Notes: generated by a model from the sequence alone, not told the origin. DNA of 59,389 bases, filler included, from a bacterium (GCA_013360215.1; 3 parts of 3 records of this genome joined end to end with filler, not necessarily neighbours in it); one strand, 5' to 3'; counted from the first letter of the whole stretch, positions 39,977 to 50,852 are shown. Program-made: numbers and translations.

Positions 39977-42235
39977 ATGCACACGACTAAAGCCATCGAA
40001 CTTCATGAAATTCGCGAGCCCGAAGTAACACACAAACTCGCCAAAGATCACGGCCTCACAGACGAAGAATATGAGCGCATCCAACAAATTTTAGGTCGAA
40101 AACCTACGTTTACCGAACTTGGTATTTTTAGTGTAATGTGGAGTGAACACTGCAGCTATAAGAATTCCATTCTGATTCTTAAAACACTGCCCAAACAAGG
40201 CCAATTTGTACTCAAAGGCGCGGGCGAAGAAAATGCCGGGCTTATAGATATCGGTGACGGTTTAGCCGTGGCTTTCAAAATCGAAAGCCATAATCACCCG
40301 TCGGCTATCGAACCTTTTCAAGGTGCGGCGACCGGTGTTGGCGGGATTCTTCGCGATATTTTCACGATGGGTGCACGTCCCATCGCCGCTCTCAATTCTC
40401 TGCGCTTCGGACATTTGGATGATGAGCGCGTGCGCTATCTTTTTGCCAATGTTGTCAAAGGTATCGGCCATTACGGTAATTGTTTCGGCGTTCCTACCGT
40501 CGGAGGCGAAGTATATTTTGAAGAATGCTATACCGATAATCCGCTGGTCAATGCGATGGCCGTTGGCATAGTGCGTCACGATCAGACCGCCAGCGCCATA
40601 GCCAAAGGCGAAGGCAACCCCGTCATGATCGTAGGCTCTGCAACAGGACGCGACGGTATTCATGGCGCGACCTTCGCGTCAGAAGAAATATCCGAAGCGT
40701 CCGAAGCCAAACGCCCCAACGTACAAATCGGCGATCCGTTTACGGAAAAACTATTGCTTGAAGCAACTCTGGAGGCCATTCAGTCCGGTCATCTTGTGGG
40801 TATTCAGGACATGGGCGCCGCCGGTTTGACATGTTCCAGTTCCGAAACCAGCGCTAAAGGCGAATCCGGCATTGAAATCAATCTCGAACTGGTGCCGACA
40901 CGCGAAGATAAAATGACGCCGTATGAGATTATGTTATCCGAAAGCCAGGAACGCATGCTGCTGATCGTCAAAAAAGGGTATGAAAAAGAAATTCAGAATA
41001 TTTTCGAAAAATGGGACTTGCACGCGGTCACGATCGGTCATGTGACCAACGACAAACTGATGCGCGTAAAATACAAAGGCCGGGTATTTGCCGAAATTCC
41101 GGCGGATACGCTCGTTCTCGGCGGCGGCGCGCCGGTGTACAAACGCGAAACCGCGGAACCGGCTTATCTTAAAGAAACGCGCGCGTTGGATATCGCATCA
41201 CTACCCCAACCTTCCGATCTTACATCGGTTCTTACACGGCTGCTGAGCACGCCCAATATTGCAAGCAAAGAATGGATATATGAACAGTATGACTCGATGG
41301 TACGCACCAATACGGTAACATTACCCGGCAGTGATTCGGCCGTGGTACGCATCAAAGGCACCAACAAAGCACTCGCGATGAATGTTGATTGTAATGGAAG
41401 GTATGTTTACCTCAATCCGCGTCGCGGCGGCCATATCGCTGTGGCCGAATCGGCACGTAACGTAGTTTGCTCCGGTGGACGACCCGCCGCTATTACCAAT
41501 TGCCTCAACTTTGGTAATCCATACAAACCTGAAAATTACTGGCAATTCAAAGAAGCCGTCGAAGGCATGGGCGAAGCTTGCCGCATTTTTGATACGCCCG
41601 TTACTGGTGGGAACGTGAGCTTTTACAACGAAAGCCGTAACAATGCCGTATTCCCTACGCCGACTATCGGGATGATCGGAATTATCGAAGACCTCAAACA
41701 TGCCACGACATCATGGTTCAAATCCGAAGGCGACAAGATATTCCTTATCGGAAAAAACGGAACGGATATCGGCGGTAGCGAATACCTGAAAACGATTCAC
41801 GGTAAAATCAGCGGCGATGCACCATCGCTCGATATGACGTACGAAAAGAAAGTTCAGGATTTTGTATTGAATACGATCATCAAAGGCTGGGTTCGTTCGG
41901 CACACGATGTATCCGATGGCGGACTTGCCGTAGCTTTAGCCGAATCTTGTTATCAAGGTAAACCCGGCCACACTATCGGTGCTACAATTCGTCTTAACGA
42001 TGCATTACGTCCTGATTTCCTGCTGTTTAGCGAAACGCAATCGCGCATCATACTAACAACCGATACGGAAAATGCAGAACGATTGAAACAATGGGCACAA
42101 ACTCAGCATGTGGATTGTGTGGAGATCGGAGTCGTCGGCGGTAAAACTTTACGGATCAATGACTGGATCGTCATGCAAGCATCGGATATCGAACGCCTGC
42201 ATCGTGGGGCGATACGTACCATCATGACCAAATAA
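39977..42235 (+). CDS. purL: Phosphoribosylformylglycinamidine synthase subunit PurL (small type)
   Basis: [67 protein letters not shown]. Confidence 0.97.
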   Translation: MHTTKAIELHEIREPEVTHKLAKDHGLTDEEYERIQQILGRKPTFTELGIFSVMWSEHCSYKNSILILKTLPKQGQFVLKGAGEENAGLIDIGDGLAVAFKIESHNHPSAIEPFQGAATGVGGILRDIFTMGARPIAALNSLRFGHLDDERVRYLFANVVKGIGHYGNCFGVPTVGGEVYFEECYTDNPLVNAMAVGIVRHDQTASAIAKGEGNPVMIVGSATGRDGIHGATFASEEISEASEAKRPNVQIGDPFTEKLLLEATLEAIQSGHLVGIQDMGAAGLTCSSSETSAKGESGIEINLELVPTREDKMTPYEIMLSESQERMLLIVKKGYEKEIQNIFEKWDLHAVTIGHVTNDKLMRVKYKGRVFAEIPADTLVLGGGAPVYKRETAEPAYLKETRALDIASLPQPSDLTSVLTRLLSTPNIASKEWIYEQYDSMVRTNTVTLPGSDSAVVRIKGTNKALAMNVDCNGRYVYLNPRRGGHIAVAESARNVVCSGGRPAAITNCLNFGNPYKPENYWQFKEAVEGMGEACRIFDTPVTGGNVSFYNESRNNAVFPTPTIGMIGIIEDLKHATTSWFKSEGDKIFLIGKNGTDIGGSEYLKTIHGKISGDAPSLDMTYEKKVQDFVLNTIIKGWVRSAHDVSDGGLAVALAESCYQGKPGHTIGATIRLNDALRPDFLLFSETQSRIILTTDTENAERLKQWAQTQHVDCVEIGVVGGKTLRINDWIVMQASDIERLHRGAIRTIMTK

Positions 42236-42246
42236 CTATTTCGCAC

Positions 42247-42291
42247 AAAAAAGAGGAATAGGTTTAATTATTTGCATTAAACCTATTCCTC
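42247..42291 (-). terminator. Intrinsic terminator between convergent purL and porX-like gene
   Basis: 16-bp perfect stem gaggaataggtttaat / attaaacctattcctc with a T6 tail on the minus strand. Confidence 0.8.
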
Positions 42292-42315
42292 AAATAATAA
42301 AATACAGGTTACTGT

Positions 42316-43881
42316 TTAACGCTTTCCTTCCATCTCGATCACCGGCATAATCACCTCTTCGACCGAAATCCCGCCGTGTTGGAATGTATCATTGTAGTGA
42401 TTCAGAAAATGGTGGTAATTCGTCGGATACAAAAAGTAATAATCTTCTTTGGCGATGATATAGTGTGTGTTGACCCCGCGTTTGGGCAGTTTATACTCCA
42501 GCGGATTTTTGATGAACATCGAATGTTTGGGATTGGACTTGATGTTCTTTCCGTATTTATAGCGCAAACTTGTTGATGTCTCTTTATCGCCGATAACTTC
42601 AGTACCATGCAAACTGCGAATACTGCCGTGATCGGATGTGATGACGATCTGACAGTCCAGTCTGGAAAGTGTTTTTAATATTTCTAAAAACGAAGAATGT
42701 GTAAACCATGAATTGCTCAGCGAGCGGTACGCCGGTTCGTGTGGAGCGATCTCTTTGATCACATGCGAATCGCTGCGCGTATGTGCGAGGATATCCAGAA
42801 AATTGAGAACGATCGCCGTCAGTTGTGAACTATTAACAAAACTGGTAATATTGGTCTCCAATTGCCGTGAATGTTCGGCGTTAAGTATTTTGACATACTT
42901 AGCCTCTGTTTCCATCGGTACACGATTGGATTTCAATTGGTATTCCAAAAGTTCTTTTTCAAACCGATTGCGACTGGAGTCATCTTCTTCACCTTTACTC
43001 CATATATCAGGAAATTTTTGCTCAATCTCGCTGGGCCACATTCCGCTAAAAATCGCATTACGCGAATACGGTGTTGATGTCGGGAGAATGCTATAATAGA
43101 ACTTCTTATTGATATTAAAATACTCCTGCAACACCGATTCAAATCCTAGCCATTGATCAATGCGCAGACAGTCTATCACAATAAATACGACTTTACGACG
43201 TGCCGCGATTTTCGGAAATACGTAGTTACGAACAATATCAACTGAAAATTCCGGTCGTTGAGGCAATCCTGAGTTCACCCACCCGTGATAGTTTTTTTCG
43301 ACAAACTTACCAAATTCGACATTACAAGCTTTGCGCTGATCCTCAAGCATCTGACGAAGCCCGGTATCCGTCAGTGCATCCAGCTCGACCTCCCACTCGG
43401 CCATGGATTGAGCGATATCATACCAATCCTTAAATTCTAGCCGATCCATCAATTTCTGTGAAATGCGATTAAACTCCTGTACATAATCACGCGAAATTTT
43501 TTGTTCCGTCAATTTGCGCGATTCGAAAATCTGTTTACACGCCATCAGGATCTGGCTGGGGTTGACCGGTTTGGTAAGATAAAAATCGATCTTCCGCCCG
43601 ATGGCATCTTCCATCAGACGTTCTTCTTCACTTTTGGTGATCATCACGACGGGAATAGTGGGGCTGTTTTCTTTTATCTCTTCGAGCGTTGTCAGACCAT
43701 CTTTGCCGTCCATCATCTCATCCAGCAATACAAGGTCATACTTCCGAGTGCGAACCTGACTGATCGCATCTTCACCGTTAGTGACGGGCGTTACTTCGTA
43801 ACCGCGTTGTTCGAGAAATAAAATGTGGGGCTTGAGTAATTCGATTTCGTCATCCGCCCAGATGATGCGTTTTTTTTGCAT
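42316..43881 (-). CDS. porX: PorX-like response regulator with PglZ/alkaline phosphatase domain
   Basis: WADDEIELLKPHI.FL, LLDE.M, MITKSEEE, IDCLR.DQW, LPT.T.YSRNAIF.G, TSDHG, TFQHGGIS.EE. Confidence 0.9.
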   Translation of the reverse strand: MQKKRIIWADDEIELLKPHILFLEQRGYEVTPVTNGEDAISQVRTRKYDLVLLDEMMDGKDGLTTLEEIKENSPTIPVVMITKSEEERLMEDAIGRKIDFYLTKPVNPSQILMACKQIFESRKLTEQKISRDYVQEFNRISQKLMDRLEFKDWYDIAQSMAEWEVELDALTDTGLRQMLEDQRKACNVEFGKFVEKNYHGWVNSGLPQRPEFSVDIVRNYVFPKIAARRKVVFIVIDCLRIDQWLGFESVLQEYFNINKKFYYSILPTSTPYSRNAIFSGMWPSEIEQKFPDIWSKGEEDDSSRNRFEKELLEYQLKSNRVPMETEAKYVKILNAEHSRQLETNITSFVNSSQLTAIVLNFLDILAHTRSDSHVIKEIAPHEPAYRSLSNSWFTHSSFLEILKTLSRLDCQIVITSDHGSIRSLHGTEVIGDKETSTSLRYKYGKNIKSNPKHSMFIKNPLEYKLPKRGVNTHYIIAKEDYYFLYPTNYHHFLNHYNDTFQHGGISVEEVIMPVIEMEGKR

Positions 43882-43952
43882 ATTGACCTCGGTGTTTGTT
43901 AAAAAAACAAGAGCGGTAACAATGACGAATCGGATTTACTCCTTTTGATGGG

Positions 43953-45959
43953 TTAAACGTCTACAATATCGGATAAGATTTCTGAATTTTCACGTACTTT
44001 ATCATACTGACGGCGAACGTGCGTGAGTTGATTACCGAAACGTTCTAACTGTTGATTCATTTCTTTTTCATCCGTGCTACGCATAAAAATTTCCATCAAC
44101 TGCTGTTCAAAATTCTTTTCGGTTTCGATATCGCCGAGTATGATATCCAGCTCGCCGATTACGAGTTCAAACATACGAATTTTATTAGCCAAAAGTTCCA
44201 ATATACGCGATTCGATCGTATCGGTAACGGAAAGGTTAAAAACAAAAACGTCGCGTTCCTGACCCAGACGATGAACGCGCCCAATGCGCTGCTCGACACG
44301 CATCGGATTCCATGGCAAGTCATAGTTGATGATCTGACTGCAAAACTGAAGATTGAGCCCTTCCCCGCCGGCTTGCGTACTGATGAGCACTTGTTTGGAT
44401 TTGCGAAACCTATCAATCGCCTCCTTACGCGCATGCGTCCCCGACAGTCCTCCGTGAAACAGCTCAACAGAAATACCTTCCTGCTCCAGCTCCATTTGCA
44501 GATGTTTCATCGTCTCAATGAATTCCACAAAAATTATAGTTTTGGAGGGAAACTTTTTTAGCAATTCGATGGTGGCCGCGCTTTTGCGGCTGATTTTGAC
44601 GGCATCACAAAGCTCTACGAAATACGCCAGGCGTTCACGGGTTTTCGCCGGGTAATTACGATTCATAAAATTAATCAATGTATGCCGCGTAGCTTGCGGG
44701 CTACTGCAGACCTCGCGCTGCAGCGTGATCAGCGAAAGGATATGAACGTCAAAATTCGCTTCGCGGCGAAATTCCTCGCGCACATAATTCGTCACTTCAC
44801 GGTAGAGTTCACTTTCGATCGGTGTGAGATCCAGATGATAAATCGCGGCTTTACGAGGCGGCAGATTGATGCCGACTTTATCGCGGCGATTGCGAATCAT
44901 CACGTCCTGAAGAATGTGTTTAAGTTGATCCTCGTTATTGGGCAGGCGCGGATCATCCTTCAACATAAATTTTCGTTTGAAAGAGCGAATGGTCCCAAAT
45001 AAGCCCGGTTTGAGTATGGTTACAAGGCTGTATAATTCGGTTAGATCGTTGTGAACGGGTGTTGCCGTCAACAAAAGCACATATTTTTTACGGATTTTGT
45101 TCACAAATTTGAAACCGATCGTCGAACGATGTTTGAGACGATGCGCTTCATCTACGATCAATAAATCAAAATCTCTCGACAGCAAAATATTGGCCGCTTC
45201 GTTACGTTTGGCCATATCAATCGAAGCAATGACTTTTGGCGCACGCCAATCGCTCTCCTGCTGCGGTACGACAAAATTCTCACCAAACTTCATAAGTAAT
45301 TCATCTTGCCATTGTCCAACCAATGATGCCGGTGTTAAGATCAAAATATTTTTGGCTAAATTACGCTCAATCAGTTCTTTGGTGATGATTCCGGCTTCGA
45401 TGGTTTTACCAAGCCCCACTTCGTCGGCTAAAAGAACTTGCCCGCGCATGCGTCGCAAAGCTTCAAGAGCAGTATTGATCTGGTAATCGTAGTGTGTGAT
45501 ATTCAGATCGTTTACAGCGATAAGACGGTCAAATCCTGAAATCAGGTTAAGGCGCTCGGCTTCGAGTCTTAATTGATAAGCATCGAGCGTATCGTATTGC
45601 TTTTTCGACAGAACATCCTGAAAACCCATATCCACTTTGATTTCTACCGGAGGCAGGTCAATCTTTTCCTGCTTAAAAAAATCAAGATGCATGTCGTTGG
45701 TTTGGAAATCATAACCGCAGCGAAAACACTCGGTCACGGCCGATTGATCCAGCCATCCACAGCGAGGGCAGCGTTTGGATGTGATGCTACGGGCTTTAGT
45801 ATTAAAGCGTTTGGTAAAAGTTTTTTGTTGAGGAACTTCGATCCACTCGAAACGTTCATTTTTAGAGGAACCCGGAGTGGTGTGTGCTACGGTTTCCGAA
45901 TGCGACCGAGGCTGGATTTCCAGATTATCAAACCGATTGGTATTTTTCTTTTCTGCCAC
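43953..45959 (-). CDS. SNF2-family helicase (YqhH-like) with N-terminal zinc ribbon
   Basis: CPRC/CFRC, LADEVGLGKT, VDEAH, LTATP, GGEGLNLQF, YDLPWNP..VEQRIGRVHRLGQ; GTG start. Confidence 0.92.
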   Translation of the reverse strand: MAEKKNTNRFDNLEIQPRSHSETVAHTTPGSSKNERFEWIEVPQQKTFTKRFNTKARSITSKRCPRCGWLDQSAVTECFRCGYDFQTNDMHLDFFKQEKIDLPPVEIKVDMGFQDVLSKKQYDTLDAYQLRLEAERLNLISGFDRLIAVNDLNITHYDYQINTALEALRRMRGQVLLADEVGLGKTIEAGIITKELIERNLAKNILILTPASLVGQWQDELLMKFGENFVVPQQESDWRAPKVIASIDMAKRNEAANILLSRDFDLLIVDEAHRLKHRSTIGFKFVNKIRKKYVLLLTATPVHNDLTELYSLVTILKPGLFGTIRSFKRKFMLKDDPRLPNNEDQLKHILQDVMIRNRRDKVGINLPPRKAAIYHLDLTPIESELYREVTNYVREEFRREANFDVHILSLITLQREVCSSPQATRHTLINFMNRNYPAKTRERLAYFVELCDAVKISRKSAATIELLKKFPSKTIIFVEFIETMKHLQMELEQEGISVELFHGGLSGTHARKEAIDRFRKSKQVLISTQAGGEGLNLQFCSQIINYDLPWNPMRVEQRIGRVHRLGQERDVFVFNLSVTDTIESRILELLANKIRMFELVIGELDIILGDIETEKNFEQQLMEIFMRSTDEKEMNQQLERFGNQLTHVRRQYDKVRENSEILSDIVDV

Positions 45960-45973
45960 GCTGTACCGATAAT

Positions 45974-46001
45974 AAAAAACCAGCCTTTCGTTTAGGGCTG
46001 G
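45974..46001 (-). terminator. Terminator-like hairpin just upstream of the SNF2 start
   Basis: Minus strand ccagccct...aggctgg followed by TTTTTTA. Confidence 0.5.
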
Positions 46002-46082
46002 CTAAAATGCATTACTTTATTGCTAAATCATGGCGCAAGTTACATCAAAAGCCGAGTAAAATCAAGACTTGGTTAGGCGCAT

Positions 46083-46472
46083 CTAGTGAAGACGCACATA
46101 ACGGTGCGTCCATCCGTCGTATTTATTTTCGCGTAAAATCAGCGAATCTTTTCCTTGCATCGTTATCCATTGATCTTTGGAAATACCTTGTATGCGTAGT
46201 AGTGGCGTGTCTTGGCCGGTAAACTCTGAGCGGCGCATTTCAGTAACATAGCGGCTTTTGTAGCTTACAGAATCCCCAACCATATAAAAAATGGCATGAT
46301 CTTTTGTAAAGAGCAGCGATTTGTTTTGTTGAGTTTGTTCGACCGTAATGCGCTGTTCCATCAACCCTCCCTCACTCGCGTACCACTTCCAGCGCCCATA
46401 CATGAGCGATGGATCAAATCCAGGTTGATCCTGAAGTACAAAAAAACACACGGCAAGCAATAACGTCTTCAC
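46083..46472 (-). CDS. Exported hypothetical protein (lipocalin-like G.W motif)
   Basis: Signal peptide, L.GRWKW..S.GG, DSL.L......DG....Y.R; GAGGAG RBS, GTG start. Confidence 0.7.
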   Translation of the reverse strand: MKTLLLAVCFFVLQDQPGFDPSLMYGRWKWYASEGGLMEQRITVEQTQQNKSLLFTKDHAIFYMVGDSVSYKSRYVTEMRRSEFTGQDTPLLRIQGISKDQWITMQGKDSLILRENKYDGWTHRYVRLH

Positions 46473-46560
46473 AAGCTCCTCGTTTTCTGTTGGACATCAA
46501 ACTAAATTGTCGTAATATTTCAATAAATTCAAGCGCCAATCTTGATACGGTTCATATTCA

Positions 46561-47139
46561 TTGACTGATATTACGATATATACTTTTTTTCCGCTGATTT
46601 TTACGACGATTTTTTGGCACGAAGCCGGTGTTATTTTGTGGTTTCGCGCTTTAGAATCCGACTTCGGGCACTGGACAAACGCAGCGGCTGTCACACTGGT
46701 GATCGTCTCCGTGATTGATTTTTTTTGGCTCAAAATCATGTTCTTTTTATTTCATACATCATTTCAGCGTATCGGACAAACAGCCTGGTCACACCGCATA
46801 ATCGCCCGATTGGAAGAAACTAAATGGTTTCCCCGATTTCGCGGTTTTTTTGTGAAAAAAGAAATAGACCATCAAACCGCTGAAATACCTGATGAAACAT
46901 CAGGCTTCAAACGGTTTATTAAAAAGACCGGTTATTGGGGTATTTTATTTTGCGGTTCATTACCCGGGCCCGGTGTGAAAGAAATAGGAATTATCATGGC
47001 GCTGACGCCTAAATACCGCGACCGGGGATTTATGCTGATGTATATCGGCGGTGTGATCAAAACGATAATGACTATGCTTGTGTACGGCGGGCTTTATAAT
47101 CTGATCGAACATTATTTGCGAAACCAAATCGCTTTTTAA
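46561..47139 (+). CDS. Hypothetical integral membrane protein
   Basis: Several hydrophobic helices, K.GYWG......LPGPG motif; TTG start. Confidence 0.65.
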   Translation: MTDITIYTFFPLIFTTIFWHEAGVILWFRALESDFGHWTNAAAVTLVIVSVIDFFWLKIMFFLFHTSFQRIGQTAWSHRIIARLEETKWFPRFRGFFVKKEIDHQTAEIPDETSGFKRFIKKTGYWGILFCGSLPGPGVKEIGIIMALTPKYRDRGFMLMYIGGVIKTIMTMLVYGGLYNLIEHYLRNQIAF

Positions 47140-47154
47140 CTCCGGAGGCGTTTT

Positions 47155-47952
47155 ATGGAAGGCATTATCATCGGGCTGGTTTGTTTCGGCATTGCCGCTC
47201 TCCTGCTCTATTTCAGAAAAAAAAATCAGGATAAATTATTAGAAATCAAGTTTGTCAAAACTTCCACCGCTCAGGAACTCAAGGAAATTTGCAAACAAGT
47301 CAACGATGAACTATCCACGACGGGCGCATTTCGGCAACAAACGGAAGTCAAGGGTGTGATCAAATGTGCTCATCCGATCACATCCGAATTGGCCAAGCAG
47401 CCCTGCGTGTGGTACGAAATGAGCGTGGATGAACGATATGAAGAAACTTATACGGAACGCGATCAAAACGGCCGCGAAGTGCGTCGCACACGAACCGGCA
47501 CTGAAAATGTGGCCTCCAATAGCCAACGTGTGCATTTTGAAGTGGAAGACGCGACCGGTCGCATCACGATCAATCCCAACGACGCCGACATCGAAGGAAC
47601 GCAGGTTCTCAACCGCTATGAACAGAATTTTTCCGGAGGGCGCATCCAACTCGGCGCGTTTTCGATGAATATCAATATGGGTCGAAGCGGACGACGTATT
47701 TTAGGTTATGAATTTACCGAATCATTGATACCACTGGATCGCCGCGTGTATGTCCTCGGTGAGGCTTCCGATGCCTCGGGCGAACTCATGGTTCAAAAAC
47801 CGGAAGACAAAGAAAAACCCTTTATTATCACCCTCAAATCCGAAGAAGAGCTGACGCGCGGTACCGAGTCAACTATTCGCAATCTGATGATCGGCAGTAT
47901 CGTCCTCGTCGTCATCGGGCTAGTTGCCATAACATACGGCATCATGAAATAA
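47155..47952 (+). CDS. GIDE-domain protein (MUL1/E3-ligase-associated domain)
   Basis: TM at both ends, EVKG......P..S......CV.Y, F.VED.TGRI.INP, E..IP....VYVLG; GGAGG RBS. Confidence 0.8.
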   Translation: MEGIIIGLVCFGIAALLLYFRKKNQDKLLEIKFVKTSTAQELKEICKQVNDELSTTGAFRQQTEVKGVIKCAHPITSELAKQPCVWYEMSVDERYEETYTERDQNGREVRRTRTGTENVASNSQRVHFEVEDATGRITINPNDADIEGTQVLNRYEQNFSGGRIQLGAFSMNINMGRSGRRILGYEFTESLIPLDRRVYVLGEASDASGELMVQKPEDKEKPFIITLKSEEELTRGTESTIRNLMIGSIVLVVIGLVAITYGIMK

Positions 47953-47971
47953 ATATAGAAAGGTCTTACTT

Positions 47972-48487
47972 ATGCTAAGTAAAAAATTGCAAGAAGCATT
48001 CAACGAACAGATCAATCGCGAATTTTTTTCAGAATATCTCTATCTCTCCATGTCGGCCTGGTGCAAATCGGGAAATATGGATGGTATCGGAAATTATTTT
48101 CATGTGCAGGCACAAGAAGAGCACCAGCACGCTATGAAATTTTTTAATTTTATTCATGATCGTGGCGGCACCGTAACCCTAAAGGCACTGGACGCGCCCC
48201 AATCAAAATTCAAATCCCTTATCGAAATTTTTGAACAGACACTGGAGCATGAACAATTTATCACCAAAAGCATCAATACGCTCATGAGTACGGCTCTTAA
48301 AGAAGACGATCATGCGGCGGTAAGCTTTTTAAAGTGGTTTATTGACGAGCAAGTCGAAGAGGAAGCTTCGGTATCTAAAATCCTGCACAAAATCAAGTTG
48401 ATCAAAGGCGAAGGTCACGGATTATTGATGATTGATGCAGAGCTTGGCCAACGGAAGTTTACACCGGATACAGGCAACGGCGAATAA
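47972..48487 (+). CDS. ftnA: Non-heme ferritin
   Basis: NEQIN.E..S.YLYL.MS, QAQEE..HA, HEQ.IT..IN, FL.WF.DEQVEEE. Confidence 0.94.
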   Translation: MLSKKLQEAFNEQINREFFSEYLYLSMSAWCKSGNMDGIGNYFHVQAQEEHQHAMKFFNFIHDRGGTVTLKALDAPQSKFKSLIEIFEQTLEHEQFITKSINTLMSTALKEDDHAAVSFLKWFIDEQVEEEASVSKILHKIKLIKGEGHGLLMIDAELGQRKFTPDTGNGE

Positions 48488-48517
48488 GCTTCACATAACT
48501 GGGATTTATCTAAAAAC

Positions 48518-48550
48518 AAAAGCCTCCGTATGTTGACGGAGGCTTTTTTT
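48518..48550 (+). terminator. Intrinsic terminator (bidirectional)
   Basis: aaagcctccgt-atgttg-acggaggcttttttt. Confidence 0.88.
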
Positions 48551-48596
48551 ATGCTAACAAATCATATTAATTGATCAATTAAATAAGAAATATTGA

Positions 48597-49298
48597 TCAC
48601 TTTTTAGGCAGCGAAGAAATCATTATGGCATTGAGAATTAATTTTTTCATGTTAGGCTCCGCGAACGGATTATAGCCTTCATAATTACCGGCACAAGCCA
48701 TTTGGATTACTTCACCTTGTCCCCACGTATGGGTAACAAGCGCATCTCCAGAACTGCTTCCTTTAATATGCACAGTTCCAAAACGTGCTGTCCCAATATT
48801 GGATCCGCTACTAACCGTAAACGTAGTATCCAAACCCTCTGTTAATTCGTTAAACAATTGCACGGTATATGTTTCTGTACCTTCACGACCACTTGATCTT
48901 AAAACAGGAACAATGGTATCAAGCACCGTATACCGATCTTCGCTGATCTCATAAGCAACCCATTCCATAAAGATCAAACGGCCTCCGTTGGCAACAAAAT
49001 CAAGCAGAGCCTGTTGCCCTTGTTCAGGCATACCAAACTCGTAACCTTCACCGTCACACAGAATAACTGTTGAAATATTTCCTGCATTTAATTCATCACC
49101 ATAAAATCCGGAATCCATCTGTACGGTAGAAAAAGTCAATGAATTAGCTGATAAAATCGTATCTAGTGATAATTCCGTAGCCCCATCACCGATGATCAGT
49201 ATATCTCCGTCGCGTGTGATACTTGTTTCGCTATCTCCGCCGCAGGAAATAATTGATAATGCGAAAACAAGCCCAACCCAATAATGGCTTTTTTTCAT
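48597..49298 (-). CDS. Hypothetical lipoprotein, possibly class I glutamine-amidotransferase/ThuA-like fold
   Basis: Lipobox IISC, L.DFV.NGG.LI, G.G.VI, L.LNAI; GAGGAG RBS. Confidence 0.65.
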   Translation of the reverse strand: MKKSHYWVGLVFALSIISCGGDSETSITRDGDILIIGDGATELSLDTILSANSLTFSTVQMDSGFYGDELNAGNISTVILCDGEGYEFGMPEQGQQALLDFVANGGRLIFMEWVAYEISEDRYTVLDTIVPVLRSSGREGTETYTVQLFNELTEGLDTTFTVSSGSNIGTARFGTVHIKGSSSGDALVTHTWGQGEVIQMACAGNYEGYNPFAEPNMKKLILNAIMISSLPKK

Positions 49299-49374
49299 AC
49301 TCTTCTCCTCTTTATAAATAAATGAGAACCGAACCTTCATCAAAATTTTTCGCAGGAAGCAACTTCGCTGCAAA

Positions 49375-50355
49375 TCACCATCCTAAAATATACGCAAACA
49401 TCAGCGGCGCCACAATCGTCGCATCGGATTCGACGATAAATTTAGGTGTGTCTATACCAAGTTTGCCCCATGTGATTTTTTCGTTGGGCACAGCGCCGGA
49501 GTATGAACCGTAACTCGTCGTCGAATCGCTGATCTGACAGAAATATCCCCACAGGGGCACATTAGTACGTTGCAGGTCCTGATGCAGCATGGGAACAACG
49601 CAGATCGGAAAATCGCCGGCAATGCCGCCGCCGATTTGAAAGAAACCGACAGAATGTTCTTTGGAACGTTCGGTGTACCAATCAGCCAGTCGCATCATAT
49701 ATTCGATCCCCGTGCGGACGGTATGAACATTTTTTACGTCGCCGCTGATGACGTGTCCCGCATACATATTACCCAATGTAGCATCTTCCCAACCGGGAAC
49801 GAACATCGGCAGATTTTTCTTAGCCGCGGCCATCATCCAGCTATCTTTGGGATCAATCTGATAATATTTTTCTAATTTTCCACTGAGGAGAATTTTATAC
49901 ATAAATTCGTGAGGGAAAAAACGTTCACCGGCTTTATCGGCTTTCACCCATTCTTCCAATACAGCCGACTCGATCCGCCGCATGGCTTCACCTTCAGGAA
50001 TGCAGGTGTCCGTGACGCGATTCAAATGACGATCAAGTAATTTTTGTTCGTCTTGCGGTGTCAAATCACGATAGTGCGGCACACGAACATAGTGATCATG
50101 GGCAACAAGATTAAAAACATCTTCTTCCAAATTGGCACCCGTGCATGTGATCGCATGGACTTTGTCCTGCCTGATCATCTCCGCCAAGGATAGTCCGAGT
50201 TCTGCCGTACTCATGGCCCCAGCTAACGTAACAAACATATGTCCGCCGTTTTCGAGATGTTTGATATACGCTTTGGAAGCATCCATCATAGACGCCGAAT
50301 TAAAATGGCGGTAATGATGATCCATAAATTGACTAATCGAGCTGTGTGGTTTCAT
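49375..50355 (-). CDS. Deoxyhypusine synthase-like protein (probable homospermidine synthase role)
   Basis: AGAMSTAELG, TGANLEED, NRVTD, IGGG, GSYSGA.PNEKITWGK, ESDATIVAP. Confidence 0.92.
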   Translation of the reverse strand: MKPHSSISQFMDHHYRHFNSASMMDASKAYIKHLENGGHMFVTLAGAMSTAELGLSLAEMIRQDKVHAITCTGANLEEDVFNLVAHDHYVRVPHYRDLTPQDEQKLLDRHLNRVTDTCIPEGEAMRRIESAVLEEWVKADKAGERFFPHEFMYKILLSGKLEKYYQIDPKDSWMMAAAKKNLPMFVPGWEDATLGNMYAGHVISGDVKNVHTVRTGIEYMMRLADWYTERSKEHSVGFFQIGGGIAGDFPICVVPMLHQDLQRTNVPLWGYFCQISDSTTSYGSYSGAVPNEKITWGKLGIDTPKFIVESDATIVAPLMFAYILGW

Positions 50356-50447
50356 GTTTTTATCCTGTATGTGAATGTTTATCAATGATTTCCGTGCGCT
50401 TAAGATAACCATTTATGAAAAAAATGAAAGTTTTTTTTAAATCCTGC

Positions 50448-50492
50448 TTGACAAACGAAACATTTTGAATTATTATATCGTATATTTACGAT
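50448..50492 (+). promoter_or_regulatory. arsR promoter with palindromic operator
   Basis: TTGACA (50448)-17 nt-TATTAT (50471), then inverted repeat atcgta-tatt-tacgat (50477-50492). Confidence 0.75.
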
Positions 50493-50511
50493 AAACGATA
50501 AAGAAAAACTT

Positions 50512-50832
50512 ATGGCACAAAGCAAAGCCCTCGAATTTAAACAAGAAGAAATCTTATTGGCTGAATTTGCCAAAGCACTCGCTCATCCGGCACGGATTGC
50601 AATTCTCAAAGAACTGGCCCGGCGCAGCGAATGTATATGCGGAGATCTCGTTGAGGTGTTACCGCTCGCACAATCCACTGTTTCACAGCATTTAAAGGAA
50701 TTACAAAAAATCGGCTTAATTCAAGGTGAAATTGACGGCCCGAAATCCTGTTACTGTATCAATAAGAAGAATATGGACAAGTATTTAAGCATTCTTAACA
50801 AATTTTTTAATCACATCGAATCGTGTTGTTAA
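50512..50832 (+). CDS. arsR: ArsR/SmtB-family repressor
   Basis: [33 protein letters not shown], terminal CC. Confidence 0.93.
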   Translation: MAQSKALEFKQEEILLAEFAKALAHPARIAILKELARRSECICGDLVEVLPLAQSTVSQHLKELQKIGLIQGEIDGPKSCYCINKKNMDKYLSILNKFFNHIESCC

Positions 50833-50852
50833 CAAAAACCAAAGGAGTAACT

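Noticed and set aside
42316-45959. BREX-type defence system (PglZ next to SNF2)
   Set aside because: The PglZ domain is part of a PorX-type response regulator; no BrxC, PglX methylase or BrxL nearby
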